A stretch of DNA of 64,000 nucleotides from an uncultured Candidatus Poseidoniales archaeon (GCA_964389655.1 CAYMED010000012.1:661-64660), one strand, 5' to 3'; shown: positions 10,168 through 19,613, numbered from the stretch's first letter. Translations and numbers: made by a program. Notes: generated from the letters alone by a model not told the origin.

Positions 10168-10201
10168 TCCGAAAGGGTCATGACCCAACGCCTAACCCTG
10201 C

Positions 10202-11653
10202 TTGTTAATGTTGGGTATATTCGCGTTGGCCGAAACTTCGGGCGAGAGTACAAGTGGGGGTAGCATTCTTCTCCTCATTGTTGTTGCAATAACACTGATT
10301 TTCGTGGCTATGCTGATGTTCTTTGCAAGCAGATACAAAAGGTGCCCTTCAGATCAAATTCTTGTCATATATGGTTCTGGCCCGGGCCTTAAAGGCCAAC
10401 CAGCTAAGACCTTACATGGCGGTGGTGCATTGGTATATCCCTTATTACAAGACTATGCTTATTTGTCTCTAAAACCAATGACAATCAACATTAACCTGAC
10501 AAATGCCTTGTCTCTCCAAAATATCCGTATCAATGTCCCTTCAACATTTACAATAGGGATCTCCACCGATAATTCCCTCATGCAAAATGCAGCTCAGCGC
10601 CTACTTGGTCTTGCTCCAGCACAAATCGAAGAAATGGCAAGAGAGATCATATTTGGTCAATTGCGGTTGACAGTAGCAACCTTAACAATTGAGCAAATCA
10701 ATCAAGACCGTGATTCTTTCCTGAACATGATTCGAACCAACGTCGATACTGAATTGAATAAAGTGGGTCTATTTCTAATCAACGTCAATGTAACTGACAT
10801 CACAGATGAAGCTGATTATATCGAAAGCATTGGGAAGAAAGCGGCATCCATTGCAGTCAATGCCGCTCGTGTTGATGTTGCCCAAGCAGAAAGGGACGGA
10901 GCAATTGGACAAGCCCAAGCGGACCGCGACCGAGAGATTGCAGTATCAGAGAATGAAGCCTCTTCAGCGAAAGGTGTGAAAACAGCAGAAGCCGACCGCC
11001 GTATCGTCGTTCAAGAACAAGAATCAGAGGCAGTTCGGGGTGAAAATGAGGCAAATGCTTCAATCGCAGGTTATAATGCTGACTTGGCAGAAAAAGAAGC
11101 ATCAGCCCTGCAACGAGCAGAAGTGGCCCGCCGTCTAGCCGAAACAGAGGTCCAAAAGGCCCAATACAGCCTTGAGCAAGAGCGCTTGCGTGCTGAAGAT
11201 ATTGTCCGTGAAAGAGTAACAAAGGAGCAAATTGAGATTGCTGCAGAAGCCGAGGCCCAGCGCCAACGCCTTGTTGCACAAGGTGAAGCGGATGCAATCC
11301 TTGCGAAATATACGGCAGAAGCAGAAGGTATTGAGAAAATCCTAGATGCCAAAGCAGGTGGCTATGAGCGCCTAATAACCGGTGCATCAAATGACGCTCA
11401 GGCAGCAGCAACCTTGCTGATGATCGAAAAGATCGAAAGCATGGTTCAAATGCAAGTTGAAGCAATACGAAATCTCAAGATCGACAAAGTAACTGTCTGG
11501 GATGGGGGGCAAGCAGGTTCTTCTTCGACTGCTAATTTTGTCAGCAGTTTAGTTCAAGCACTTCCTCCAATACATGATGTTGCAAAAATGGCGGGAGTTG
11601 AATTACCACAATATCTTGGAAAAGTCGAGGGAGATATAGAAATTAGCGAATGA
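10202..11653 (+). CDS. Flotillin (SPFH/band-7 family)
   Basis: 483 aa with an N-terminal membrane hairpin and SPFH core, then Ala/Glu/Arg-rich flotillin-type coiled-coil repeats (AQAERDGAIGQAQADRDREIAV; EAEAQRQRLVAQGEADAILAKYTAEAEG). The track start is TTG 10202 and the first ATG is at 10208. Confidence 0.9.
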   Translation: MLMLGIFALAETSGESTSGGSILLLIVVAITLIFVAMLMFFASRYKRCPSDQILVIYGSGPGLKGQPAKTLHGGGALVYPLLQDYAYLSLKPMTININLTNALSLQNIRINVPSTFTIGISTDNSLMQNAAQRLLGLAPAQIEEMAREIIFGQLRLTVATLTIEQINQDRDSFLNMIRTNVDTELNKVGLFLINVNVTDITDEADYIESIGKKAASIAVNAARVDVAQAERDGAIGQAQADRDREIAVSENEASSAKGVKTAEADRRIVVQEQESEAVRGENEANASIAGYNADLAEKEASALQRAEVARRLAETEVQKAQYSLEQERLRAEDIVRERVTKEQIEIAAEAEAQRQRLVAQGEADAILAKYTAEAEGIEKILDAKAGGYERLITGASNDAQAAATLLMIEKIESMVQMQVEAIRNLKIDKVTVWDGGQAGSSSTANFVSSLVQALPPIHDVAKMAGVELPQYLGKVEGDIEISE

Positions 11654-12004
11654 TTATTTTTTATCCTCGCGTATTTTTTCAAGGCGGTGAAGTAGTCTTT
11701 CTAACCCCCCTCCCGGCCATGATTTAATTCTCGACCCATGCTTCCAAATTGTGTTGTAGGGTAGATCTCTTACTTCTTTTCCCAACCATGTTTGGCTTTG
11801 TTTAAATGAAGATAAACCAGGTGTGTTTAACATCATTTTTCCGATCTTCAAACCTCCAAATTCATTCTCATCCAATGCCTTGAGTTGTTCCACCCATCGC
11901 TTGCAAGATGCACAATTCGTTTTTCCAAGGATGAGCAATGCTTCATCACTGTCAAGAAATTCTTTCCAGTTATGCCCGACAACCTCTGCAATTTGCATTG
12001 TCAC
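11654..12004 (-). CDS. Thioredoxin-fold protein with CxxC
   Basis: 116 aa with GKTNCASCKRW in a position typical of a Trx-like active site. It starts 3 nt after the peroxiredoxin gene stop on the same strand. Confidence 0.6.
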   Translation of the reverse strand: MTMQIAEVVGHNWKEFLDSDEALLILGKTNCASCKRWVEQLKALDENEFGGLKIGKMMLNTPGLSSFKQSQTWLGKEVRDLPYNTIWKHGSRIKSWPGGGLERLLHRLEKIREDKK

Positions 12005-12007
12005 ACA

Positions 12008-12532
12008 TCATGCAGCATAGTTGTCGCCAGGCGACCAATTTGCACCACATAGTCCCCCCGACATGCATGCTTGTAGGGTGCGCAGCGTCTCTTCGGGACT
12101 TCGTCCAGCATCCAATTCATTTATGCCCAACGAGCGAATTAAACCATCCCCATCGACAATGACGGTCCCTCTAAATGAAATTCCTTGGTCTTCTTTTAGC
12201 ACACCAAAAGCCCTGCTGATTTCATGACTTGTATCAGCTAACACGGGGTGCGTAATTGCATTTGGAAATGTGTCTCTATCTGCAAACCATGCATTGTGGG
12301 AGTGCCAACTATCTGTTGAACAACCAATAACCTTCACGCCTTCGTCTTCAAACTCACCTAAGAGTTCTTGAAATCCTTTAATCTCAGTTGGACAAATAAA
12401 TGTAAAATCAAGGGGATACCAATACACGACATACCACGACCCCTTTAGACCCTCACTTGACAATTGAACTTCTTCTCCTTTATCCCAAGCTTTTCCTTTC
12501 CATGTTGGTGCTGGTTGCATGATCACACTCAT
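12008..12532 (-). CDS. Peroxiredoxin (AhpC/Prx1-type)
   Basis: Peroxidatic Cys motif WYPLDFTFICPTEI and the expected ~170-aa size. Additional Cys residues lie near the C-terminus (LQACMSGGLC). Confidence 0.9.
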   Translation of the reverse strand: MSVIMQPAPTWKGKAWDKGEEVQLSSEGLKGSWYVVYWYPLDFTFICPTEIKGFQELLGEFEDEGVKVIGCSTDSWHSHNAWFADRDTFPNAITHPVLADTSHEISRAFGVLKEDQGISFRGTVIVDGDGLIRSLGINELDAGRSPEETLRTLQACMSGGLCGANWSPGDNYAA

Positions 12533-12616
12533 ATTCGCGCCTCAAGTTTCGCGGAGCGAATGGTAAATATGAATTCATGTGCTGATATGTTCATCAGAAA
12601 ATATCCTTCTGCTGAA

Positions 12617-15358
12617 TTATTTCTCATCTGCTGGCGCTTTAATTTCTTCAATGAGTTGATCGCCCCACCGCTTCCACGCCATTTGGTAAAATTCAGATAA
12701 CTCAAAAGAAGCTCCATCCCATTCAACCCTACTGCTTCCAGACTTCTTTGCTTCACGAATCACACGCGCCGCACCCTGAACGGTCATTTTTGTCTTTCTC
12801 GCAGGGGCTTCCTCTACTAATTGCTCTTGAGAAACGGTTGTCTCCTTTATGCCCTCTTCAACACCTTTCACATTTTTCTTTTTTGCAGCTGTTTCCATTT
12901 TTGCCACTCGTTTTGCTTCAGCATGTTCCTCTTTTTCCCGTTTTAAGCGCTCTTTTTCCTCTATTTTGGCCCGCTTCAGTTTCTCTTTAGCGAGTTTCTT
13001 TTCTTCTTTCTTTGAGATGCCTGTTTCTTCGGGCTCCATTTGTTCGGGTTGTGCATTCTTAATGGCAGTGACTAAATCATCCCCCCATCGCTTCCATGCC
13101 ATTTGATAGAATTTTGACAATTCATAACCAACGCCATCCCATAATACGGACTCTTCACCTGCATTCTTTGCTTTCCGTATTGCTAATGCCACACCCTCAA
13201 CCGTCATTTCAGTTTTTATAGTTTCAGCAGGTCCAATTTGTTCTTGCATTACCCCTTTCTTTTGCAATTTCTTTTCTTCGGCAATTCTTGCCCGCTCTGC
13301 CTTTGCATGAGCTTTCAAGTCTGCCTTTTCTTGTTTTAGTCTCTCTTTTTCTTCAATTTGAGCGCGCTTTGCGGCAGCTTTCACTTCCCGTTTTGACATG
13401 CCGTCTTGCAGATCACTTTCAGGTGATTCCGACTCCTCAATCGGGTTTTGTAGTGCTGTTATGAGCCCATCACCCCATCGTTTCCAGGCCATTTTGTAGA
13501 ATTTTGCCAAATCATAGCTGACCCCTTTCCATTGGATGGTATTTTCATCCAATGCTTTGGCTGAGCGAATCATCCTTGCTGCACTATCCACATCCAATTC
13601 TTCTTCCGGTTGTTTGAGCACTTCGAGAAGGTCCTCACCCCACCGTTGCCATGCTGATTGGTAAAATGCCTCCAATGGAACAGGCCCACCACGCCAAATC
13701 ACATTCTTACTTTTATCCGTCTTTGCCTGTTTAATCGCATTTGCCATCTCAATTAGAAGGGCATCTTCTTCATCTATTTCGTCAGAACTTGATTGAACAT
13801 CATCCGCCCTAACTCTTCGTGCACCAAGTTGTCGTTTTCTTTCGGGGATTTCGAATACACACACCATGGCTGGGGGTGTGTTTGTACTCACCTGTGCTTG
13901 GTATTCAGATACCGCTTTTCCTATCTGGATTCGGATCCTAAACACACAAGGGTCGGTAGCCCCTCTCTTTTTCGGCTGCTTGTAGTGGTGAACCCAAACC
14001 TGATAATTTCCAGGCTTTGCAGTGGCTTCTGGCCAAACAACATTCTCGATTGGCTTTTTAGAATCCCCCCGCACATTCATGTCCACATTGAGTTCTCCTC
14101 CGAACTCATCGGTCTTTTTCCCATGATATATTCGGCCAGCATCGGGGGTTAGAATATGGAGGTCGAGGTCATTTCGATCAAACCACATAAGGGAAACCTG
14201 TATCTTTCCTTTTCCGGCACCTTCTCGTTTCAAGCGCTTGAGGAATTCGGCCTCTAAATTCTTCTCATCAGGAACAAGGACTCCAATTGGATCGGGCGGG
14301 TTTTCAATGGCCAACCTTGCCTGCTCTTCCAAATCTTCGATTTGATCGTCACTCCATGTCTTTCTAGCTTCGAGTTCCTCTTGTTCTTTTGCTGCAATCG
14401 CCTCTTCCCTCGCAACAATCTTTGCCTGTTTCTTTTCTTCCTTTAGAAGGTATTTTTCATTCTTTGTGATGTCTTTATTCATTCTCTTTTCTGCTTTATC
14501 AAGAGACCTTTCCGTTAATTTAAGCCGCTTTCTTTCTTCAGGTAAACTGACTCTCTCTCGTAGCCTCTCACTGGAAGAAAGTAGCAACTCGTTTCTTTTT
14601 CTGAGGATCTCATTTGAGGCTGAAACAAGTCCATATCTATATTGGATTACAGTATCTCTTTGTCGGAAAAACCGATGATATCTTCGCGTCATTCGATATT
14701 CCAGTGTGTCGAGATGATGTTTTGAATGAATCCAAATATCAAGGGCCTTTGAAACACCAACCCGGAGGTTGTGCAGGCGTCTATGTTCTGACACTGAAAA
14801 ATTATCCAATGCCGCAGCAAGTTCATCTTGTAGTGATGCAACTCGTGTGATCCGTTCACCAAGTGCATCCTCCATAGCATAGAATACATGCCGTCCCGTA
14901 GAGCCAACTTTTGTCCCAATATTCTCAACTTTCTCGATTTTCTGCTCGACTTCTCGTTTGATAGTAACTAGACGCTCAAGCCCTGCTTCTGTGGCTTCAG
15001 CACCAGATAGCACCATAAATGACCGTATTGTACGTATTTGCTTTCTCAAACTAGATAATAACTTGAGGGGCGAACGAAGCTCAGCTGCGGTAAAACCCGT
15101 ATGTTGCAAAGCGTTGACGGCTCTTTGCGCACTTGCCTCAATGTGCTCAATAAGGAGGTCAATATCAGCAATTGATGTTTGAGTCAGATCAAGGACTTTG
15201 ATTCTCATGTTTGATAATTCATTAATCCCTCCAGCATATGCTGCCATCGCATCATCCATCATAGGGGGGACTCTTCGCTGGAACTTTGCTAAGCGGGCAA
15301 TGCCATATGCCGTCCCTATACCTAGCGCAGCTGAGGGCGCCAATACGGGGTCGATCAT
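12617..15358 (-). CDS. Orphan 913-aa protein coupled to arlJ: N-terminal hydrophobic segment, long coiled-coil-like region, beta-rich module, 4 Trp-rich repeats
   Basis: The track ORF runs to 15439, but its first 27 codons lie inside arlJ. The in-frame ATG at 15358-15356 shares one nucleotide with the arlJ stop (TAATG) and follows a GGAGCTGGGGGA purine tract. The N-terminus from that ATG reads MIDPVLAPSAALGIGTAYGIARLAKFQRR. The middle module reads KIQVSLMWFDRNDLDLHILTPDAGRIYHGKK...PIENVVWPEATAKPGNYQVWVHHY. The C-terminus holds four FY(Q/K)(S/M)AW(Q/K)RWG(E/D) modules. Confidence 0.7.
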   Translation of the reverse strand: MIDPVLAPSAALGIGTAYGIARLAKFQRRVPPMMDDAMAAYAGGINELSNMRIKVLDLTQTSIADIDLLIEHIEASAQRAVNALQHTGFTAAELRSPLKLLSSLRKQIRTIRSFMVLSGAEATEAGLERLVTIKREVEQKIEKVENIGTKVGSTGRHVFYAMEDALGERITRVASLQDELAAALDNFSVSEHRRLHNLRVGVSKALDIWIHSKHHLDTLEYRMTRRYHRFFRQRDTVIQYRYGLVSASNEILRKRNELLLSSSERLRERVSLPEERKRLKLTERSLDKAEKRMNKDITKNEKYLLKEEKKQAKIVAREEAIAAKEQEELEARKTWSDDQIEDLEEQARLAIENPPDPIGVLVPDEKNLEAEFLKRLKREGAGKGKIQVSLMWFDRNDLDLHILTPDAGRIYHGKKTDEFGGELNVDMNVRGDSKKPIENVVWPEATAKPGNYQVWVHHYKQPKKRGATDPCVFRIRIQIGKAVSEYQAQVSTNTPPAMVCVFEIPERKRQLGARRVRADDVQSSSDEIDEEDALLIEMANAIKQAKTDKSKNVIWRGGPVPLEAFYQSAWQRWGEDLLEVLKQPEEELDVDSAARMIRSAKALDENTIQWKGVSYDLAKFYKMAWKRWGDGLITALQNPIEESESPESDLQDGMSKREVKAAAKRAQIEEKERLKQEKADLKAHAKAERARIAEEKKLQKKGVMQEQIGPAETIKTEMTVEGVALAIRKAKNAGEESVLWDGVGYELSKFYQMAWKRWGDDLVTAIKNAQPEQMEPEETGISKKEEKKLAKEKLKRAKIEEKERLKREKEEHAEAKRVAKMETAAKKKNVKGVEEGIKETTVSQEQLVEEAPARKTKMTVQGAARVIREAKKSGSSRVEWDGASFELSEFYQMAWKRWGDQLIEEIKAPADEK
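12620..13770 (-). repeat. Four diverged tandem coding repeats (~45-aa Trp-rich module plus K/E-rich linker) inside the 913-aa gene
   Basis: Protein copies: NVIWRGGPVPLEAFYQSAWQRWGEDLLEVLKQP, TIQWKGVSYDLAKFYKMAWKRWGDGLITALQNP, SVLWDGVGYELSKFYQMAWKRWGDDLVTAIKNA, RVEWDGASFELSEFYQMAWKRWGDQLIEEIKAP. The similarity is also visible at DNA level near 12660, 13085, 13470 and 13635. Confidence 0.85.
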
Positions 15359-17163
15359 TATCCCCCAGCTCCAATAAACGATCCAACAGCAAATGACATA
15401 ACAAGGTCGACAATTAATCTTGTAATCGCAGCAGTCCATGTCAGAATGGCCATTTGTCCTAGGGTTCCAGCAACCTTCCCTCCACGTAACCTCGTGGTTA
15501 CAAAGGACATGCTAGCAATTTGAGACAATATCAGAAAACTAATTATTATTTGAAAGCTCAAAGTATTTCCTTTTACGGCGGTTGAATCAGATAATACGGG
15601 GATCCCAAAGCCCGCTAAATCTCCAAGCAAATCCCTTCCACCCTCAACAGATGTGGGGTCTGTAATGATTCCTGCCATTGATTGCCCTAAAGTTACAACA
15701 ATGTGGAGGGTGATGTCAAGGCTAGCGATTGTCGCTATCAATGTACCAAGTGCCACACCCCACATGGAGCCAGCAGAGATCATTCTTCTCTTCCTAAGAC
15801 TGTTGAGGTTCGTTGTAGTCTGACTAACAATATCTGCAACATCCGCTGGAAGTCCAGAGGTTTGGGCACCTTCGATATAGATGCGATTGAAACGACTAGA
15901 CATGGATGAATTAACTTCAGCGCTGAAATAATCCCATGCCCTATCACTGTCGATCCGCGTTGCCAATCTCCTTTCGAGACGTTCAATATCTGCGGAGAGT
16001 ATTCCAAAATCGATGCCCCTAAGGGCCTTCATTGTTGCACTCGGCTCAGAAGATCTCGCTTGAGCCGTTCCTCCAAGAGCACGAATAAATACGGGGTATG
16101 ATTCGTCCCGTCGCCGAATCCTTTCCTCTTCAGACTTCTCATACCTAGAGGCGAAAAGGAATGGGGTAAAAGGCAAGGCAGCCATCACCAAACCCCACCT
16201 TGCAAATGAATCAGCGACAAAACTGGGAGCAAGAATTGCAAATAAAATAACAAAGCCTCCAACCATAATCCCAATTGTGATTGAGATATTCCATATTCGA
16301 GAGAAGCGTTGTCTGTATGGAGTAACTAATCCATCCTTTGCAAATAGCGGTTCTGCGGGTATGACTGTTCTAAAAATAACAGCAGAAGCAACTTGTACAA
16401 AGAAAAACATTGCTCCTGAAAAAAGAACCCATCGCAACTGAGCTACTGCGTCTAGCCCGCTGTTTGGAGTTCCAGTAATGAATAGGACAAGATGAATTCC
16501 AGATACAACAAGCAAAAAAATCATTGCAGTAGAGAGTGAGATATAGAGCTCCTTGAGTATGTCTAGCGTTTCAAGCCTCGTGTCATATAGCGTTTGATAC
16601 TCTTGCCTAACCGTCACTAATTCACCAGACATGTATTCTTCAAGTGATTGACCGGACTCTATGCTGAATGCCATCCTGTCTAAAAAGTCAGCGAATAATG
16701 GGCTCGGCGTCTGGTTTGCAACAATTCGTGCGGCTTCAGGAAGGCTAGTATGCCATCGCTGGACCATCGTTTCAATTCGTTTTACTTCAACCGCGAGTTC
16801 TCCATATTCTGACATTTGACGTAACATGTCGAACATGCTTTTTGGGCCGACTTCGCCGAGGGCAAGAATCCCCATTCGAGTTACAAACATATGCATGTCT
16901 TGCTCAATCAAGGCCGCAGATTGCCGAAATTTAAGAATCGGCCATCCCATCACGATTAAGAGTGCCAATAGAGGTATGGCAAATGCATTGAGAACTCCTA
17001 CAGCACCACCAAGGATTGTTGGGAATAAGAATGCTAAAATGACACATGCTATGAAAAGACTACCTGCGAGGGGCGTGCCTAATCTCGTAAGCCTATGAAC
17101 GGGGTCTACTCCGATGCGGGCATAGGCAGCACCAACGACTTGCATACCCTGCATTCGTTCCAT
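15358..17163 (-). CDS. arlJ: Archaellum membrane platform protein ArlJ (FlaJ)
   Basis: 601-aa polytopic membrane protein with two cytoplasmic helical domains alternating with TM clusters (T2SF/TadBC-like layout). It directly follows arlI, and a GAGGGAG SD-like motif lies 5 nt upstream of the ATG. Confidence 0.85.
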   Translation of the reverse strand: MERMQGMQVVGAAYARIGVDPVHRLTRLGTPLAGSLFIACVILAFLFPTILGGAVGVLNAFAIPLLALLIVMGWPILKFRQSAALIEQDMHMFVTRMGILALGEVGPKSMFDMLRQMSEYGELAVEVKRIETMVQRWHTSLPEAARIVANQTPSPLFADFLDRMAFSIESGQSLEEYMSGELVTVRQEYQTLYDTRLETLDILKELYISLSTAMIFLLVVSGIHLVLFITGTPNSGLDAVAQLRWVLFSGAMFFFVQVASAVIFRTVIPAEPLFAKDGLVTPYRQRFSRIWNISITIGIMVGGFVILFAILAPSFVADSFARWGLVMAALPFTPFLFASRYEKSEEERIRRRDESYPVFIRALGGTAQARSSEPSATMKALRGIDFGILSADIERLERRLATRIDSDRAWDYFSAEVNSSMSSRFNRIYIEGAQTSGLPADVADIVSQTTTNLNSLRKRRMISAGSMWGVALGTLIATIASLDITLHIVVTLGQSMAGIITDPTSVEGGRDLLGDLAGFGIPVLSDSTAVKGNTLSFQIIISFLILSQIASMSFVTTRLRGGKVAGTLGQMAILTWTAAITRLIVDLVMSFAVGSFIGAGG

Positions 17164-17176
17164 TAATCTCCCTCAA

Positions 17177-18895
17177 TCAACTATCTTCAGGAACCCACGA
17201 CTCAATCGCTCTTCCCATAACCTCTAATCCCGCTCCATAGAATATGGCTAGCATTGTTTTGACATCTTCATAGTGCGTCAGATTTCGATCAACCATGCGC
17301 TGTATGATCTGGGCCCTCTTGTCCAATTCCTCATACACGAGTCGCTTGTTCGAAAGGCCCATTTTTGGGGCGATTCTTTCTTCTAATATGTATGATTGAT
17401 TCCGCCCACGGAAGAAGTGCTTGTCTCGAACCGGATCCCATTCAAAAACACCCCTTGTTAGGATCCCGTCACTGATTTTATTGTAGCCAAGGATTTCATC
17501 AACGCCCGTAATTCTTCTTGCAATCATACCCCCTGGCAATTGCACAATGGTTTGGAAAACGGCTAGGTTAAGGTTGTCAAAGAATCTGGCCGGGACATTA
17601 ATTGGGTCTCCCGTAAATCTCTGAATCATTTTTAGAATAGATGATGCGTGAAATGTGCCCAACACAGCGTGTCCAGTCTGCATTGCTTGGAATGCGGTGG
17701 AGCCTTCCTTCCCACGTATTTCCCCTATAATAATATATTTTGGCCGGCTCCTTAAAGCAGCCTTCAATAAGTCAAAGACATCGACCTTTGCTTCTTCATT
17801 TTTTGACTCACGTGTGACTAGCCTTTGCCATACCTTGTGTGGAACTTTAACTTCAGGAGTATCTTCGGCACTAAATATCTTGAAGTGGTGTGGGATTAGG
17901 GGCAATGTTGCATTTAATGTGGTGGTTTTTCCTGAAGCGGTTTCACCAGATACTAACATGGATTGTTCAAATTCATAACACATCCAAAGGTAGGCCGCAA
18001 GTTCAGATGACAATGTTCCCCATTGGATAAGCTGAATGAACGAGATGGTTTCTTCAGCAAATTTTCGAATTGTAAATGAGGGCCCGAATAAAGAAACATC
18101 ATCGCTGAATATGATATTTATTCGACTCCCATCAAGAAGGGCCGCATCCACAATTGGTTTTGAATCAGAAACGGGTCTTCCGATTCTCTCACTCATAGAT
18201 CGTAAATATCCCCCAAGCACGAGCCTATCTCTAAAGCGGATATTTGATAAGACCGTTCCGAATACTTTGTGATCCATATTTACTGACCGCAAACCAACTG
18301 AGTGTATGTCCTCAAGAAACTCATCAGAAAGGAGCGGTTCAATGGGCCCATTTCGAGTTAAATCCCGAATAATGATATATTCAATCCGATTTTTCTGATC
18401 TAAAGTCATCTTGATCTTCTTTTTCGCAAACCCAAACCGCTCAGCCAAACTTGTACCTCCGCTCGACTCTCCCTCTGACTGATCGAGAATTGTGTATCTT
18501 TCAATCATCGTTGTCAAAACTTGTTCAAATTCATCATCGCTTGAAAAAGTAGGAGCCGTGGGTGCTTGTTCGAGAATGATTTCCATTAATTCCTTTTTCA
18601 TTAGTTCTTCATCTTCATCGAGGCCGGGTTCAACAGCCATCCAAAGGGTCTGTGTGGGGTTCGTTTCATCAGCAGGGGGTTGGTATATGTGCACAAAAAT
18701 AGGTGGCTTTGTAATGTACAAGAGGTTTCTAGGTTCCACAGTTCTTGCATCTCGATCTAGTTCCCCATAATAGATGGGCCGACTACCATAACGATCTTGA
18801 AAATCATCAATCCACGTTCGAACATGCGGAAATGCATTCATGACATCATCTAGAGTTTTTAGTTCATCAACATTAATATCACTATTAGCCAACAT
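17177..18895 (-). CDS. arlI: Archaellum motor ATPase ArlI (FlaI)
   Basis: Secretion-superfamily ATPase motifs: Walker A GETASGKTTTLNA, Walker B region PKYIIIGEIRG, His box GHAVLGTFHA. The track ORF extends to 18946, but ATG 18895 (MLANSDINVDEL) lies 1 nt after the arlH stop and is the more plausible start. Confidence 0.9.
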   Translation of the reverse strand: MLANSDINVDELKTLDDVMNAFPHVRTWIDDFQDRYGSRPIYYGELDRDARTVEPRNLLYITKPPIFVHIYQPPADETNPTQTLWMAVEPGLDEDEELMKKELMEIILEQAPTAPTFSSDDEFEQVLTTMIERYTILDQSEGESSGGTSLAERFGFAKKKIKMTLDQKNRIEYIIIRDLTRNGPIEPLLSDEFLEDIHSVGLRSVNMDHKVFGTVLSNIRFRDRLVLGGYLRSMSERIGRPVSDSKPIVDAALLDGSRINIIFSDDVSLFGPSFTIRKFAEETISFIQLIQWGTLSSELAAYLWMCYEFEQSMLVSGETASGKTTTLNATLPLIPHHFKIFSAEDTPEVKVPHKVWQRLVTRESKNEEAKVDVFDLLKAALRSRPKYIIIGEIRGKEGSTAFQAMQTGHAVLGTFHASSILKMIQRFTGDPINVPARFFDNLNLAVFQTIVQLPGGMIARRITGVDEILGYNKISDGILTRGVFEWDPVRDKHFFRGRNQSYILEERIAPKMGLSNKRLVYEELDKRAQIIQRMVDRNLTHYEDVKTMLAIFYGAGLEVMGRAIESWVPEDS

Positions 18896-18896
18896 C

Positions 18897-19613
18897 TCAG
18901 GCCACCGCCGTAATGTCAAGGATGAAACCCATATTTGGTTCAACACGCCAACCTATAACGGACTGAATTGTCGCAGCAGCGCGCTGAAATCTCCGAACAA
19001 GCATGGTTCGCTTTAACTCCCCACCAATTATGTCGGCTGATAAATCGAGAAGGATTTCACATGATGTCGATAACCGATGCATCATCCGATCATCAATTTC
19101 GGTAGGGTCGCAGGCAAGAATGAGCAGGTGGTCATTGTCTGCAAACCTCCGTAAGCGATGGATGAGGGCGGCAGCCTCCGCATCACTCGTATCATGGCTT
19201 CCAGAGGTATCTACATCACCAATCAATGAGGATGCAGTATCAATAACAACAATTTCACTTTCCTTCACACGCTTCTCTTCAAGGATATCATCGATACCAA
19301 CCTCAGGCCGTGGAGCATGGCGCATGCTAAATGGCGATAATACGGTCAAACGCCCAGCATCTGCATGGGGTTCAACATCATACCCTAGGCTCTTCATCTG
19401 TTCAAACCAGCCGCGAGTACTCGATTCTGTTGTCGCCACTACAACTTTATGCTCATTTTCAAGAAGCCCATATGTAAATCGCTGAGTTAAAACACTTTTT
19501 CCCTCACCCATTTTTGCGCTAAGAACCATCATTGATCGTTTAGGAAGGAGGCCCCCTAATGCAATATCAAGGCTATCTGATTCAATAGCAAATTGAAACC
19601 CATCAGATGTCAA
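18897..19613 (-). CDS. arlH: Archaellum KaiC/RecA-like protein ArlH (FlaH)
   Basis: 238 aa with LGGLLPKRSMMVLSAKMGEGKSVLTQRFTYGLL (Walker A) and IVVIDT (Walker B-like). It sits between arlG and arlI. The TTG start overlaps the arlG end by 11 nt. Confidence 0.8.
   Translation of the reverse strand: MTSDGFQFAIESDSLDIALGGLLPKRSMMVLSAKMGEGKSVLTQRFTYGLLENEHKVVVATTESSTRGWFEQMKSLGYDVEPHADAGRLTVLSPFSMRHAPRPEVGIDDILEEKRVKESEIVVIDTASSLIGDVDTSGSHDTSDAEAAALIHRLRRFADNDHLLILACDPTEIDDRMMHRLSTSCEILLDLSADIIGGELKRTMLVRRFQRAAATIQSVIGWRVEPNMGFILDITAVA

Noticed and set aside
10857-11465. 202-aa minus-strand ORF (and 11071..11352) opposite the flotillin gene. Similar antisense ORFs occur at 6010..6684, 4693..5025, 19003..19485, 21146..21637 and 45174..45674.
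   Set aside because: These are shadow ORFs inside well-supported genes. Their composition is Leu-, Arg-, Ser- or Pro-biased, as expected for antisense frames of GC-moderate coding DNA, and they carry no motifs.
11654-12532. The peroxiredoxin plus CxxC thioredoxin-fold pair as a candidate novel system.
   Set aside because: Prx with an adjacent Trx-like reductant is a common, well-understood arrangement, and nothing unusual is visible.
12533-12616. Imperfect inverted repeats (ATTCGCGCC...GGAGCGAAT at 12533-12561; CTGAT-ATGTTC-ATCAG at about 12582-12597) between the 913-aa gene and the peroxiredoxin gene.
   Set aside because: The stems are short and mismatched and lack a flanking U-tract, so they could arise by chance in 84 nt. 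They are noted only as a possible operon boundary.
15359-15439. N-terminal 27 codons of the track ORF 12617..15439 (MDCCDYKINCRPCYVICCWIVYWSWGI).
   Set aside because: This stretch lies entirely inside the arlJ coding region and has an implausible Cys/Trp-rich sequence. The in-frame ATG at 15358 with the TAATG overlap is a far better start.
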